Below, piece after piece: positions 9,158-17,243 of a stretch of DNA of 64,000 nt. Source of the DNA: Candidatus Limnocylindria bacterium (GTDB lineage: Bacteria > Chloroflexota > Limnocylindria > P2-11E); contig DASZZF010000012.1 in assembly GCA_035543375.1 (NCBI GenBank), positions 68,323 to 132,322 on the forward strand, given 5' to 3'. The position numbers were made by a program, and so were the translations under genes. A model generated the notes under the pieces. The model saw only the letters and a list, made by a program, of their open reading frames with translations. It did not search any database and was not told the origin of the DNA. The number at the start of each line of letters is the position of its first letter. The first letter of the stretch is position 1.

Positions 9158-11274
9158 CGTCCGGACGCGAGCGGCGGCGGGGTCGACGCGGGAGGCAGCT
9201 TCGCGATGCGGTCCTCGGGGTACGGGATCCGCTCGTGATACACGCCCGCGAGGAGCTCGCGGAACGCCTCCTTCACCCGCTGCACGTCGCGGAGCGTAAG
9301 GTCGCAGTCGTCGAGCTGCCCGTCCGTGACCTTCTCGCTCACGATGCGCTCCACCATCTCCCCGATGTGTTCCCGCGTCTTCTCTTCAATCGAGCGGACC
9401 GCTGCCTCGGTGCCGTCGGCGAGCATGACGATGCCCGCCTCCTTCGTGCGCGGCTTCGGCCCGGGATGGCGGAAGGCCCGCTCATCGACGGTCGTCCCGC
9501 GCTGCTGCGCGAGCGTGTAGAAGTAGCGGATCAGGCTCGTCCCATGATGGCCGGGGATTATGTCGCGGATCTGCGACGGCAGGTGATAGCGCTCCGCGAG
9601 CGCCAAGCCATCGGGCACGTGCGCAGAGACGATGCTCGCGGAGACCGCCGGATCAAGATCGTCATGCGGGTTCGTGCCGGTCTGGTTCTCGATGAACGCG
9701 AGCGGGTTCCGCATCTTCCCAATGTCGTGGTAGTAGGCGCCGACGCGGGCGACCAGTGGATCGGCGCCGATCACCTCCGCCGCGCGCTCGGCCAGGTTCG
9801 CGACGAGCAGCGAGTGGTGATACGTCCCCGGCGTGCGCAGCAGGAGCTGCCGCAGCAGCGGATGGTTCGGATCGGCGAGCTCGCGCAGTCCGAATACGGT
9901 CGTGATCCGGAAGACCTGACCGAGCAGGACGACGCCGGCGAACGCGAGCGCGCCTGACGCGGCGCCGCTGACGATTGCGGCGGTCGTGAGCTGGAGCGCA
10001 CCGATGGTATCGGCGGAGCGACCGACGAGCAGGAATGTCGCGATGATCCCGACATCGCCCAGCGTCACGTACAGCGCGGCGGCGACGAATTCCCGGGCGG
10101 TCGTCGCGCGGCGGACGGCAGCCATGCCGAGCAGCGCTGGCACGAGCACGTACGCGACGAGCTCGACCTGTCCCGACATGATCCCGATGTGCAGCGCGCC
10201 GGCGATCTGGGTCGCGAGCGCGGTGCGGCCGCCGATGAGCACAGTGAGCATCATCGCAATTGCGGCGAACGGCACGAAGTACGCGGCGACGGTGTGCCCG
10301 GGGATGAGCGCCCGGCCGGCGGCGGTGATGACGATGAGCGAGAGCGCCACGACCATCACCTTGCGGTCATCGGCCCAGGCCTCCTCCGCGTAGCGCTCGA
10401 TGAACAGGCCCAACACGCCCGCGATGAGCAACGCCCAGATGAGCAGCCCGACAGCGCTCTTCCAGTCGATGCCGCTATTCACGAGACCAAGCGCCCGGAG
10501 CTTCTCGAGATCGCGATCGGTGACGACCTGGCCCTCGCGCACGACCACCTCGCCCGCGGTCACCTGCACCTGTACCGGCGCGACGCCGTTCCGCGCGGAT
10601 TGCTGCGCCGCAGCGGTCGCGTTCGGATCGAACACGAGGTTGGACTGCAGCGCCTGCTTGAGCAGCTCCGCGCCGACGCGCTTCTGGCGATCGGTCCAGG
10701 TCTGCGGCAACGCCTTCGCGGTGTCCGCCCGGGCGGCATCGAGCTGCTCCGGGCGGATGCCCTGGGCGTACAGCGTCTTGAGAGCCGGATCGAGGTCCTT
10801 GCTCTCCTGGTCGAACTCCGCCGCGGTCATGTCGAGCGCATCGGCCGCGAGCGGAGCCGCGAGCGTCGCGTCGGCGAGCTTCATAAGCGCCGCGATCCGC
10901 TGATCCCGCGGCTGCGTCGCGTCGCCCCTCACGCGCGCGATGGCGGTGAGCGCGCCCTGGAGCCGCGCGCTCGACGACACGATGACCGCCGGATCCGCGG
11001 TGTAGACCCGCTGCACCGACGCCGCCGCCTTTTCGCGCTCGGCGGCTGAGAGGGATTCCGAAAGGAAGACCGTTGATTGCGGCGCTCGGACCTCGCGGTC
11101 GGCGACGATCCCTGCGCGCTCGTACGACACGACGGCCGGCGGCGAAAACAGGAGCGCCACGGCGCTCAACAGACCGGTGGCGACGATGAACGCCCCGGTC
11201 CGGGTGCGCGCGTCCGCCTGTATCACCCGGCGGAGGTCGATGAGCGAGCGTGGGCGCCGCACGAGCCGGATCAC
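9154..11274 (-). CDS. pgpH: 7TM-HD membrane phosphohydrolase (PgpH/YqfF family, HDIG domain)
   Basis: N-terminal extracytoplasmic region, seven TM helices, then an HD domain (HHSLLVANLAE...YYHDIGK...GHHG). It sits in the conserved position between phoH and ybeY. Confidence 0.9.
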   Translation of the reverse strand: MIRLVRRPRSLIDLRRVIQADARTRTGAFIVATGLLSAVALLFSPPAVVSYERAGIVADREVRAPQSTVFLSESLSAAEREKAAASVQRVYTADPAVIVSSSARLQGALTAIARVRGDATQPRDQRIAALMKLADATLAAPLAADALDMTAAEFDQESKDLDPALKTLYAQGIRPEQLDAARADTAKALPQTWTDRQKRVGAELLKQALQSNLVFDPNATAAAQQSARNGVAPVQVQVTAGEVVVREGQVVTDRDLEKLRALGLVNSGIDWKSAVGLLIWALLIAGVLGLFIERYAEEAWADDRKVMVVALSLIVITAAGRALIPGHTVAAYFVPFAAIAMMLTVLIGGRTALATQIAGALHIGIMSGQVELVAYVLVPALLGMAAVRRATTAREFVAAALYVTLGDVGIIATFLLVGRSADTIGALQLTTAAIVSGAASGALAFAGVVLLGQVFRITTVFGLRELADPNHPLLRQLLLRTPGTYHHSLLVANLAERAAEVIGADPLVARVGAYYHDIGKMRNPLAFIENQTGTNPHDDLDPAVSASIVSAHVPDGLALAERYHLPSQIRDIIPGHHGTSLIRYFYTLAQQRGTTVDERAFRHPGPKPRTKEAGIVMLADGTEAAVRSIEEKTREHIGEMVERIVSEKVTDGQLDDCDLTLRDVQRVKEAFRELLAGVYHERIPYPEDRIAKLPPASTPPPLASGR

Positions 11275-12236
11275 GGCGGACCTTTCTCGTGGCGGTCGTA
11301 CGCGTGGACGATCCGCGCGACGAGCTCGTGGCGCACCACGTCACGTTCGTCGAAGTCGACGAACGAAAGTCCCTCCACGCCGCGCAGGATCTCGCGCGCG
11401 ACCAGCAGCCCGGAGCTCTGGGGCTGGGCCAGGTCGATCTGGGTGATGTCGCCGGTCACGACGGCCTGCGAGCCATAGCCGAGCCGGGTGAGGAACATCT
11501 TCATCTGCGCTGGCGTCGTGTTCTGCGCCTCGTCCAGGATGATGAAGGCCTCGTTCAGAGTGCGGCCGCGCATGTACGCGAGCGGTGCGACCTCGATCTC
11601 GCCCCGCTCCTGCGCCCGCGCCATGCGCTCCGCGGGCATCAGGTCGTAGAGCGCGTCGTAGAGCGGCCGGAGGTACGGGTCGATCTTTTCCTGCAGGTCG
11701 CCGGGAAGGAATCCGAGCCGCTCCCCCGCCTCGACCGCGGGTCGGGTGAGGATGAGCCGGCTGACCCGCCGCTCGCGCAGGGCGTTCACGCCCATCGCGA
11801 CAGCGAGATAGCTCTTTCCCGTGCCGGCGACGCCTGTCGCGAAGACGAGGTCGTGCGTCCGGATGGCCTCGACGTAGTGACGCTGGTTCACCGATTGCGG
11901 CGAGATGCGTTTGCCGTTCACGGTGGTCGCGATGTGCTCGCGCAGCTGCTCGGGCGCGGCTACGGGCGAATCCTTCGCCTGGCCGATGAGCCGCTCGAGC
12001 GCGGGCCTCCGGAGGCTGTCGTCGCGGCCAGACAGCGACCGCATCGCGCCGACGAGCTCGCCGACGCGCGCGACCGGGCCGGGCTCGCCGCTGATCCGAA
12101 GCTCGGCGCCGCGCGACACGATCTTCACGCCGAACTCGCGCTCGATGCGCTCGATGTTCGCTTCCGCCTGGCCGGTGACGAACATCATCTCGTCCGGGTC
12201 TGGGATCAGGATCGTGATCTGTGCCGCGTTCGCCAC
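11271..12236 (-). CDS. phoH: PhoH-family ATPase
   Basis: Walker A GVAGTGKSYLAVA, FIILDEAQN, and a KH-like N-terminus. Confidence 0.92.
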   Translation of the reverse strand: MANAAQITILIPDPDEMMFVTGQAEANIERIEREFGVKIVSRGAELRISGEPGPVARVGELVGAMRSLSGRDDSLRRPALERLIGQAKDSPVAAPEQLREHIATTVNGKRISPQSVNQRHYVEAIRTHDLVFATGVAGTGKSYLAVAMGVNALRERRVSRLILTRPAVEAGERLGFLPGDLQEKIDPYLRPLYDALYDLMPAERMARAQERGEIEVAPLAYMRGRTLNEAFIILDEAQNTTPAQMKMFLTRLGYGSQAVVTGDITQIDLAQPQSSGLLVAREILRGVEGLSFVDFDERDVVRHELVARIVHAYDRHEKGPP

Positions 12237-12685
12237 TACTGCCCGCGTTGCGCCAGGAGCGAGCCCACGAGCTTCGCGACGAGAGCGCCGTCGGCGCGGC
12301 CGCGCAGCTCCGGCATGAGCTTCTGCATCACCTTGCCCTGCTCCTTCGGCCCAGTGGCGCCCGACTCGGCGATGACGCGCTCGACGATCACGCGCAGCGC
12401 CGCCTCATCGAGCTGCTGCGGGAGGTACGACTCGAGGATCTCGAGCTCGGTCTGTTCTTTCACCACGAGATCGTCGCGCCCGCCTTTGCCGAAGGCCTCG
12501 ATCGACTCGCGGCGCATCTTCGTCTGACGGCGAAGGATCGCCTCGACCGCGGGGTCGTCGAGCGTTTTGCGCTGTGCGACCTCCTCGTTCTTGAGCGCCG
12601 CCAGGGCAAGACGCAGCGTGTCGCGACGGACCTCGTCGTGCGCCTTCATGGCGAGACGAAGGTCCTGCTCCAGACGGACTTTCAA
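12236..12685 (-). CDS. yqeY: GatB/YqeY domain protein
   Basis: Typical YqeY sequence (LKNEEV...ILRRQTKMRRESIEAF...ELEILESYLP). TTG start. Confidence 0.9.
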   Translation of the reverse strand: MKVRLEQDLRLAMKAHDEVRRDTLRLALAALKNEEVAQRKTLDDPAVEAILRRQTKMRRESIEAFGKGGRDDLVVKEQTELEILESYLPQQLDEAALRVIVERVIAESGATGPKEQGKVMQKLMPELRGRADGALVAKLVGSLLAQRGQ

Positions 12686-12707
12686 CGACGGGGAGCGCTC
12701 CGGCGCC

Positions 12708-12875
12708 TCAGCGCTTGCGACGCTTGGCTTCCTTGCGCTTGCGCCGGGCAGCGGGGCGCTCGTAGTACTCGCGCCGGCGCGCCTCGGCGAGGATCCCGGC
12801 CTGCTGGATCTTCTTGTTGAAACGGCGGAGGGCGGCCTCGAATGGCTCCCCTTCGCCGATGATCACTTCGGACAT
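12708..12875 (-). CDS. rpsU: 30S ribosomal protein S21
   Basis: At 55 aa it is below the ORF-track cutoff. My translation is [55 protein letters not shown]. It sits in the conserved position upstream of yqeY. Confidence 0.9.
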   Translation of the reverse strand: MSEVIIGEGEPFEAALRRFNKKIQQAGILAEARRREYYERPAARRKRKEAKRRKR

Positions 12876-12973
12876 GCGGTTGAGTGGGTCACCCCATTTC
12901 GGTCATACAAGACGAAGCCGGCGAGCCCGAAAGGGCCGCCGACGCCGCCATCATACCGCCTGGCCGCGGGCCT

Positions 12974-13005
12974 GGCTGGTACAGATACGCGTATCTGTAC
13001 CAGCC
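12974..13005. promoter_or_regulatory. Perfect 32-bp palindrome GGCTGGTACAGATACGCGTATCTGTACCAGCC between divergent rpsU and plsY; candidate operator
   Basis: All 16 base pairs were checked position by position. The relatively AT-rich core stands out in a GC-rich intergenic region. It overlaps the predicted -35/spacer regions of both divergent promoters (TATGAT at 12950-12955 on the minus strand, TACGAT at 13007-13012 on the plus strand). Confidence 0.8.
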
Positions 13006-13018
13006 GTACGATCCAGCC

Positions 13019-13684
13019 GTGATCGCGCTCGCGGTGGCGCTGTCCTACCTGGGTGGCTCGGTGTCCGCCCCCTACTGGATCGGCCGGTCGCGCGGGGTCG
13101 ATCTCCGCGCGGTGGGGTCCCGCAAGCTCGGCGGCGGCAACCTGTGGAGCGCCGTCGGCCCGGTCGAGGGCGCGGCCGGGGGGCTTCTCGACGCCGCAAA
13201 AGGCGTCGCGGCGGTGCTCGGGGCGGGCGCGGCCGGACTCCCGCTCGAGGCCCAGCTGGCCTGCGGGATCGCGGCGATCTGCGGTCAGCTGTGGCCGGTC
13301 TTCCACGGCTTCGACGGCGGACGGGCGAACGCCACTGGCTGGGGCTTCGCGCTCGCGACCGACCCGGTCGCGTTCGTGATCATGCTGCTGCCCGTCGGTG
13401 CGGCGCTCGTCGTAGGCCTCGCGGTGCGCCCCCGTTCCGCGAGGCTCTTGCCGCTCGCCGCGCTGCTGTCGTTCGCGGTCTTCCCGGCCGTCATCTGGGA
13501 GCAGCAGAGCGCCACGCCGGCCGTCAGCGCAGGTCTGGTGGTCCTGGGGCTCGTGCTGCTGCGCCGCATCAGCGCGGGCCTGGCCGCGGATCTCGCGACC
13601 GGCGCGTCGTGGCCGCGGGTCCTCGCGAACCGCGCGCTCTATGACCGCAGCGAGCTGCAGGAGCGCGGCGTCGTGGGCATCTAG
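13019..13684 (+). CDS. plsY: Glycerol-3-phosphate acyltransferase PlsY
   Basis: The sequence from VIALAVALSYLGGS through GSRKLGGGNLW to DGGRANATG matches the PlsY layout. Homology begins at the in-frame GTG at 13019. The track start at 12884 would translate through the palindrome. Confidence 0.85.
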   Translation: MIALAVALSYLGGSVSAPYWIGRSRGVDLRAVGSRKLGGGNLWSAVGPVEGAAGGLLDAAKGVAAVLGAGAAGLPLEAQLACGIAAICGQLWPVFHGFDGGRANATGWGFALATDPVAFVIMLLPVGAALVVGLAVRPRSARLLPLAALLSFAVFPAVIWEQQSATPAVSAGLVVLGLVLLRRISAGLAADLATGASWPRVLANRALYDRSELQERGVVGI

Positions 13685-14379
13685 CCTTCGCGCGCTCCCA
13701 CCAGCATCGCGACAGCGGCGATCGCCGCCGTCTCCGCGCGGAGCACGCGCGGCCCGAGGGACACGATCCGGGCACCATGAAGGCTCGCGATCGCGATCTC
13801 GTCTTCGGCCAATCCGCCTTCGGGCCCGACGACGAGCGTGATTGCGTCGCCGGCGACCGTGTCGGTCAGGTGCGGCCCGCGGCACTCCTCCCAGCACACC
13901 AGCGTGGGGCTGGCGAGCCGCGTGAAGAGCTCGTCCCAGGTCGCGAGCTCGGCGATCTCCGGGACGGCGCCGCGGTGCGCCGTCTCGGCCGCCTCACGTG
14001 CGACCCGCGCCCACCGCTCGCGCTTCGCCGCCGACAGCTCGCGCGCGACGGAACGCGCGGCGACGAACGGTACGATCCGGCCGACACCGAGCTGGGTCAC
14101 CGCCTCCACCACCTCCAGGCTGTGATCGCCCTTGAGCAGCGGCAGCGCGAGCGTCAGCTGGAACGAGAGCTCACCCGTCGCCGGCCGTCGGGCGACGACC
14201 TTTCCGGTCACCTGCCCGGCCGCGACCGCCTGGAGCTCGACCTCGTGCTCGACACCATCGGCGACGAGCACGATCCGCTCGCCGGGCTGCAGCCGGAGCA
14301 CGGTCGCGATCTGCCGGGCGTGGTCCCCACTAAGGACGGCACGCTCGGCCGGGCCGACGGCGACGATGAAGCGGTGCAC
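13681..14379 (-). CDS. rsmE: 16S rRNA (uracil1498-N3)-methyltransferase RsmE
   Basis: MHRFIV start, PUA-like N-terminus, and a C-terminal SPOUT knot (GPEGGL...LGPRVLRAETA). It follows prmA as in Bacillus. Confidence 0.9.
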   Translation of the reverse strand: MHRFIVAVGPAERAVLSGDHARQIATVLRLQPGERIVLVADGVEHEVELQAVAAGQVTGKVVARRPATGELSFQLTLALPLLKGDHSLEVVEAVTQLGVGRIVPFVAARSVARELSAAKRERWARVAREAAETAHRGAVPEIAELATWDELFTRLASPTLVCWEECRGPHLTDTVAGDAITLVVGPEGGLAEDEIAIASLHGARIVSLGPRVLRAETAAIAAVAMLVGAREG

Positions 14380-14388
14380 AGGTATGTT

Positions 14389-15255
14389 CTAGCGGGTCAG
14401 GTCGAGCCGCACCCAATCGCCGTCCTGATCGCGACCGATGACCCGCAGGCCATGCGCTTCGAACGCCGCCCGCGTCTCATCCTCCTCGGTCGCGATGATC
14501 CCCGCGACGATCAGCCTGCCGCCGGGCGCGAGATGGGCCGCAAGATCGGGCGCGATGCGTTGCAGGACCGCCGCGACGATGTTCGCGATCATGACGTCGT
14601 ACGCCCCCTGCAGCTCCGCGGCGCTCCCGCCGGCGATCACGACCGCGACACCGTTCCGCCGGACGTTCTCAACCGCCTCACGGGTCGCGACGTCGTCAAC
14701 GTCGACCGCAATCACGTCCCGGGCACCCCGCTTTGCTGCCGCGATCGCCAGGATCGCCGAGCCGGTGCCCACGTCCGCGACGCGCTTGCCCGCGACATCG
14801 ACCGTCGAGAGCGCGCGAAGGCAGGCCTGCGTCGTCGGATGGAGCCCAGTGCCGAATGCCATGCCGGGGTCCAGGGACAGGACGATCGCGTCTCCCGGAT
14901 CGGCATCGGACCAGGTGGGGCGGATGAGGAACGCACCGATGCGGATCGGTTTGAACGACGCCTTCCAGGTCTCGAGCCATTCCTCCTCCACGACCGTGCG
15001 GGTGCGCAGCTCGCCGATCGGTCCGATACCGAACGCCTGCAGGTGGCCGATCGCGTCACGGACCCGGCGGACGCGGATGCGCGCCACACGGTCGTAGACC
15101 AGGTAGGCCTTCACTACGTGCATCGCGTCGCGGTCTCCGTCCACCGGCTCCTCGACCGCGACGCCGTTGTAGCCGACGCGCGCGAGGATCTCGCTCACCG
15201 CCTCCACGGCCTCGGCGTGCGCCGGGACCGCGATCTCGAGCCAGCGGATCGGCAC
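14389..15255 (-). CDS. prmA: Ribosomal protein L11 methyltransferase PrmA
   Basis: SAM motif DVGTGSAILAIAA, GTGLHPTT, and conserved position after dnaJ. Confidence 0.9.
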   Translation of the reverse strand: MPIRWLEIAVPAHAEAVEAVSEILARVGYNGVAVEEPVDGDRDAMHVVKAYLVYDRVARIRVRRVRDAIGHLQAFGIGPIGELRTRTVVEEEWLETWKASFKPIRIGAFLIRPTWSDADPGDAIVLSLDPGMAFGTGLHPTTQACLRALSTVDVAGKRVADVGTGSAILAIAAAKRGARDVIAVDVDDVATREAVENVRRNGVAVVIAGGSAAELQGAYDVMIANIVAAVLQRIAPDLAAHLAPGGRLIVAGIIATEEDETRAAFEAHGLRVIGRDQDGDWVRLDLTR

Positions 15256-15271
15256 GCTCTCGGTGGCGAGG

Positions 15272-16360
15272 TCAGACCAAGGCGTCTTTTATCCGGTCGA
15301 AGACGCCGCGGTCCTGGTCGGTCTCCTGCTCCGGCGCGGCCGAGATCGCGCGCAGCTTCAGGTAGAGCGCGCGTTGCTCCTTCGTCAGGGTCCGCGGAAT
15401 CACGACGTCGAGATACACCAGCTGATCGCCGCGCCCGCTCGTCCCGAGGTGCGGCACGCCCTTGCCCCGCAGCCGAACGACCTGCGCGTGTTGCGCGCCG
15501 GCGGGAACCTTCACCTTCGCCGCTTGCCCGTCGATCGTGGGGACCTCGATGTCGTCGCCGAGTGCCGCTTGGGCCGGCGAGATGCGCAGCACGTGCACGA
15601 GATCGTCACCTTCGCGGCGGAAGCGCGCGTGCTCCTTCAGCCGGATGAGCACGTAGAGGTCGCCCGACGGACCGCCGCGCATCCCCGCCTCACCCTCGGC
15701 GGCAACGCGTAGCTGCTGGCCGTCGTCGATCCCGGCGGGGATCGTCAGCGTGATCTCGCGCTCCGTGCGCTTGCGGCCCTCGCCGCGGCAGCCGGTGCAG
15801 ACCTTGTCGACGGTCTTGCCGGCGCCGCCGCACCGTGGACAGGTCGAGACGTTCACGAAGCGGCCGAAGACCGACTGTTGGACCTGCCGGACCTCCCCGC
15901 GGCCGCTGCAGGTGGGGCACGTCGTGACGGTGGAGCCTGGTTCGGCGCCGTCGCCCGAGCAGCGCTCGCAGGTCTCGAGGCGAGGCACTTTGATCACGCG
16001 TTCGCCGCCGTTCACAGCGTCGATGAGCTCGATCTCGAGCTGCATCCGCAGATCGGCGCCGCGCACCGGGCCGCGTTCGCGGCGGCGCGTCTCGCCGCCG
16101 AAGAACGTATTGAACAGATCGTCGATCCCGAAGCCCACCGCGCCATCCGTGCTGCCGAACATGTCGTACCGCTGGCGGCGCTGGGCATCGGACAGCACCT
16201 CATACGCCTCCGTCACCTCGCGGAAACGGGCGGCGCCGTCCTCCGACGAATTGACGTCCGGGTGGTACTGGCGCGCGAGCTTGCGGTACGCGCTTCGGAC
16301 CTGGTCCAGGGACGCGTCCCGGGGCACGCCGAGGACGCCGTAGTAGTCGGTGGGGGCCAT
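15272..16360 (-). CDS. dnaJ: Chaperone DnaJ
   Basis: J domain with the HPD motif (YHPDVN) and four CxxCxGxG zinc motifs (CERCSGDG, CPTCSGRG, CPRCGGAG, CTGCRGEG). Confidence 0.95.
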   Translation of the reverse strand: MAPTDYYGVLGVPRDASLDQVRSAYRKLARQYHPDVNSSEDGAARFREVTEAYEVLSDAQRRQRYDMFGSTDGAVGFGIDDLFNTFFGGETRRRERGPVRGADLRMQLEIELIDAVNGGERVIKVPRLETCERCSGDGAEPGSTVTTCPTCSGRGEVRQVQQSVFGRFVNVSTCPRCGGAGKTVDKVCTGCRGEGRKRTEREITLTIPAGIDDGQQLRVAAEGEAGMRGGPSGDLYVLIRLKEHARFRREGDDLVHVLRISPAQAALGDDIEVPTIDGQAAKVKVPAGAQHAQVVRLRGKGVPHLGTSGRGDQLVYLDVVIPRTLTKEQRALYLKLRAISAAPEQETDQDRGVFDRIKDALV

Positions 16361-16380
16361 CAGTAGATTATCGGTGGTAC

Positions 16381-16884
16381 ATGGACGATCTGGGCCGCAT
16401 CGCCGTGCAATTGGCCCACGTTCTGAGCGGGGTGCTCTGGATCGGGGGCGGCTTCTACACCATCGTCGTGCAGCTGCCGGCGCTCGCGGCGATGCCGATG
16501 CCCGCGCGCGGTCCCGCCCTCGCGTCGATCGGTCCCCGCCAGGTGGGCTACATCCTCCGCGTCGCGGAGCTCACGCTCGCGACGGGGGTCCTGCAGCTCG
16601 TCGTGAGTCCGAGGAACCGCGAATTGTTCTCATTCCAGTCGCGCTGGTCCATCGCGATCGTCGTCGGCGCGCTCCTGGCGTTCGCCGCGTACGGGCTGCT
16701 TCGTGGCTCGCTCGCGCCCGCGATCACGCGGCTCCTAGCGGTGGCGCCGGTCGCGGCCACCGGTGACGAGGCCAGCGCGAAGCAGGTCGCAGTCCTGCGC
16801 GAGCGGATCAGGCGCATCGGCTACGCGCAGATGACGCTCGGCACCGTGATCCTCGCCGCCATGGTCACTGCGAGGTTCAGCTGA
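16381..16884 (+). CDS. Hypothetical 4-TM membrane protein (CopD-like HxxxxxLWxGG start)
   Basis: Good GC3 bias and four predicted helices (AHVLSGVLWIGGGFY...). It lies on the opposite strand between dnaJ and dnaK. Confidence 0.6.
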   Translation: MDDLGRIAVQLAHVLSGVLWIGGGFYTIVVQLPALAAMPMPARGPALASIGPRQVGYILRVAELTLATGVLQLVVSPRNRELFSFQSRWSIAIVVGALLAFAAYGLLRGSLAPAITRLLAVAPVAATGDEASAKQVAVLRERIRRIGYAQMTLGTVILAAMVTARFS

Positions 16885-16894
16885 CTAGCGGCGC

Positions 16895-17209
16895 TCACGA
16901 CGGGACCGGCCGCGGTTCCTGGCTCGGCACCTCACGGATGTGCGGCAGCGGTGACCGCAGGAAGATCGGGAACGCCGCGAGGCGCGCGAGTCCGATGACG
17001 AGGAGCGCGACGCGGAGGCCGAGCGCCGCCCCGAGCGCCCCGCCGAGGAGCGCGCCGAACGGCCCGCCGAGGAGCGCGCCGAACGGCCCGATGCCCCGAT
17101 GAACAAGGCGAGGCGGAGCTATGCGGGCGATGGAAGAGGCGGGCGGCGCGTCTGCTGTGCGCCGCTGCCGGGGGTTCCCTCCGCAGAGGGGCCCGGCAGC
17201 CGGAAGCAC
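16895..17209 (-). CDS. Possible small glycine-zipper membrane protein (start uncertain)
   Basis: The C-terminal two thirds (GIGPFGALLGGPFGALLGGALGAALGLRVALLVIGL...) have strong GC3 bias. The N-terminal third does not, and no canonical start lies near the point where the bias begins. Confidence 0.3.
   Translation of the reverse strand: MLPAAGPLCGGNPRQRRTADAPPASSIARIAPPRLVHRGIGPFGALLGGPFGALLGGALGAALGLRVALLVIGLARLAAFPIFLRSPLPHIREVPSQEPRPVPS
17041..17088. repeat. Exact 24-nt tandem duplication (CGCCGAGGAGCGCGCCGAACGGCC x2)
   Basis: Read directly from the sequence. On the minus strand it encodes the duplicated octapeptide GPFGALLG in the small ORF. Confidence 0.85.
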
Positions 17210-17243
17210 GGGAGACCGCCGTCCGCCGCTCCGCGGCTAGACG

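Noticed and set aside
13777-15648. 623-aa plus-strand ORF
   Set aside because: It is antisense to rsmE, prmA and dnaJ, which carry unmistakable motifs. The product is Arg/Gly/Pro/Asp-rich with no motif, which is typical of a high-GC mirror-frame artefact.
16885-17106. Track ORF 16885..17106(-) (MFIGASGRSARSSAGRSARSSAG...) and the high-GC3 plus-strand frame across the same repeat
   Set aside because: The minus ORF is a different frame of the 24-nt duplication with an Arg/Ser-rich product. The plus frame has stops at 16886 and 16952 and no start codon before a residual Met that would give only about 50 aa.
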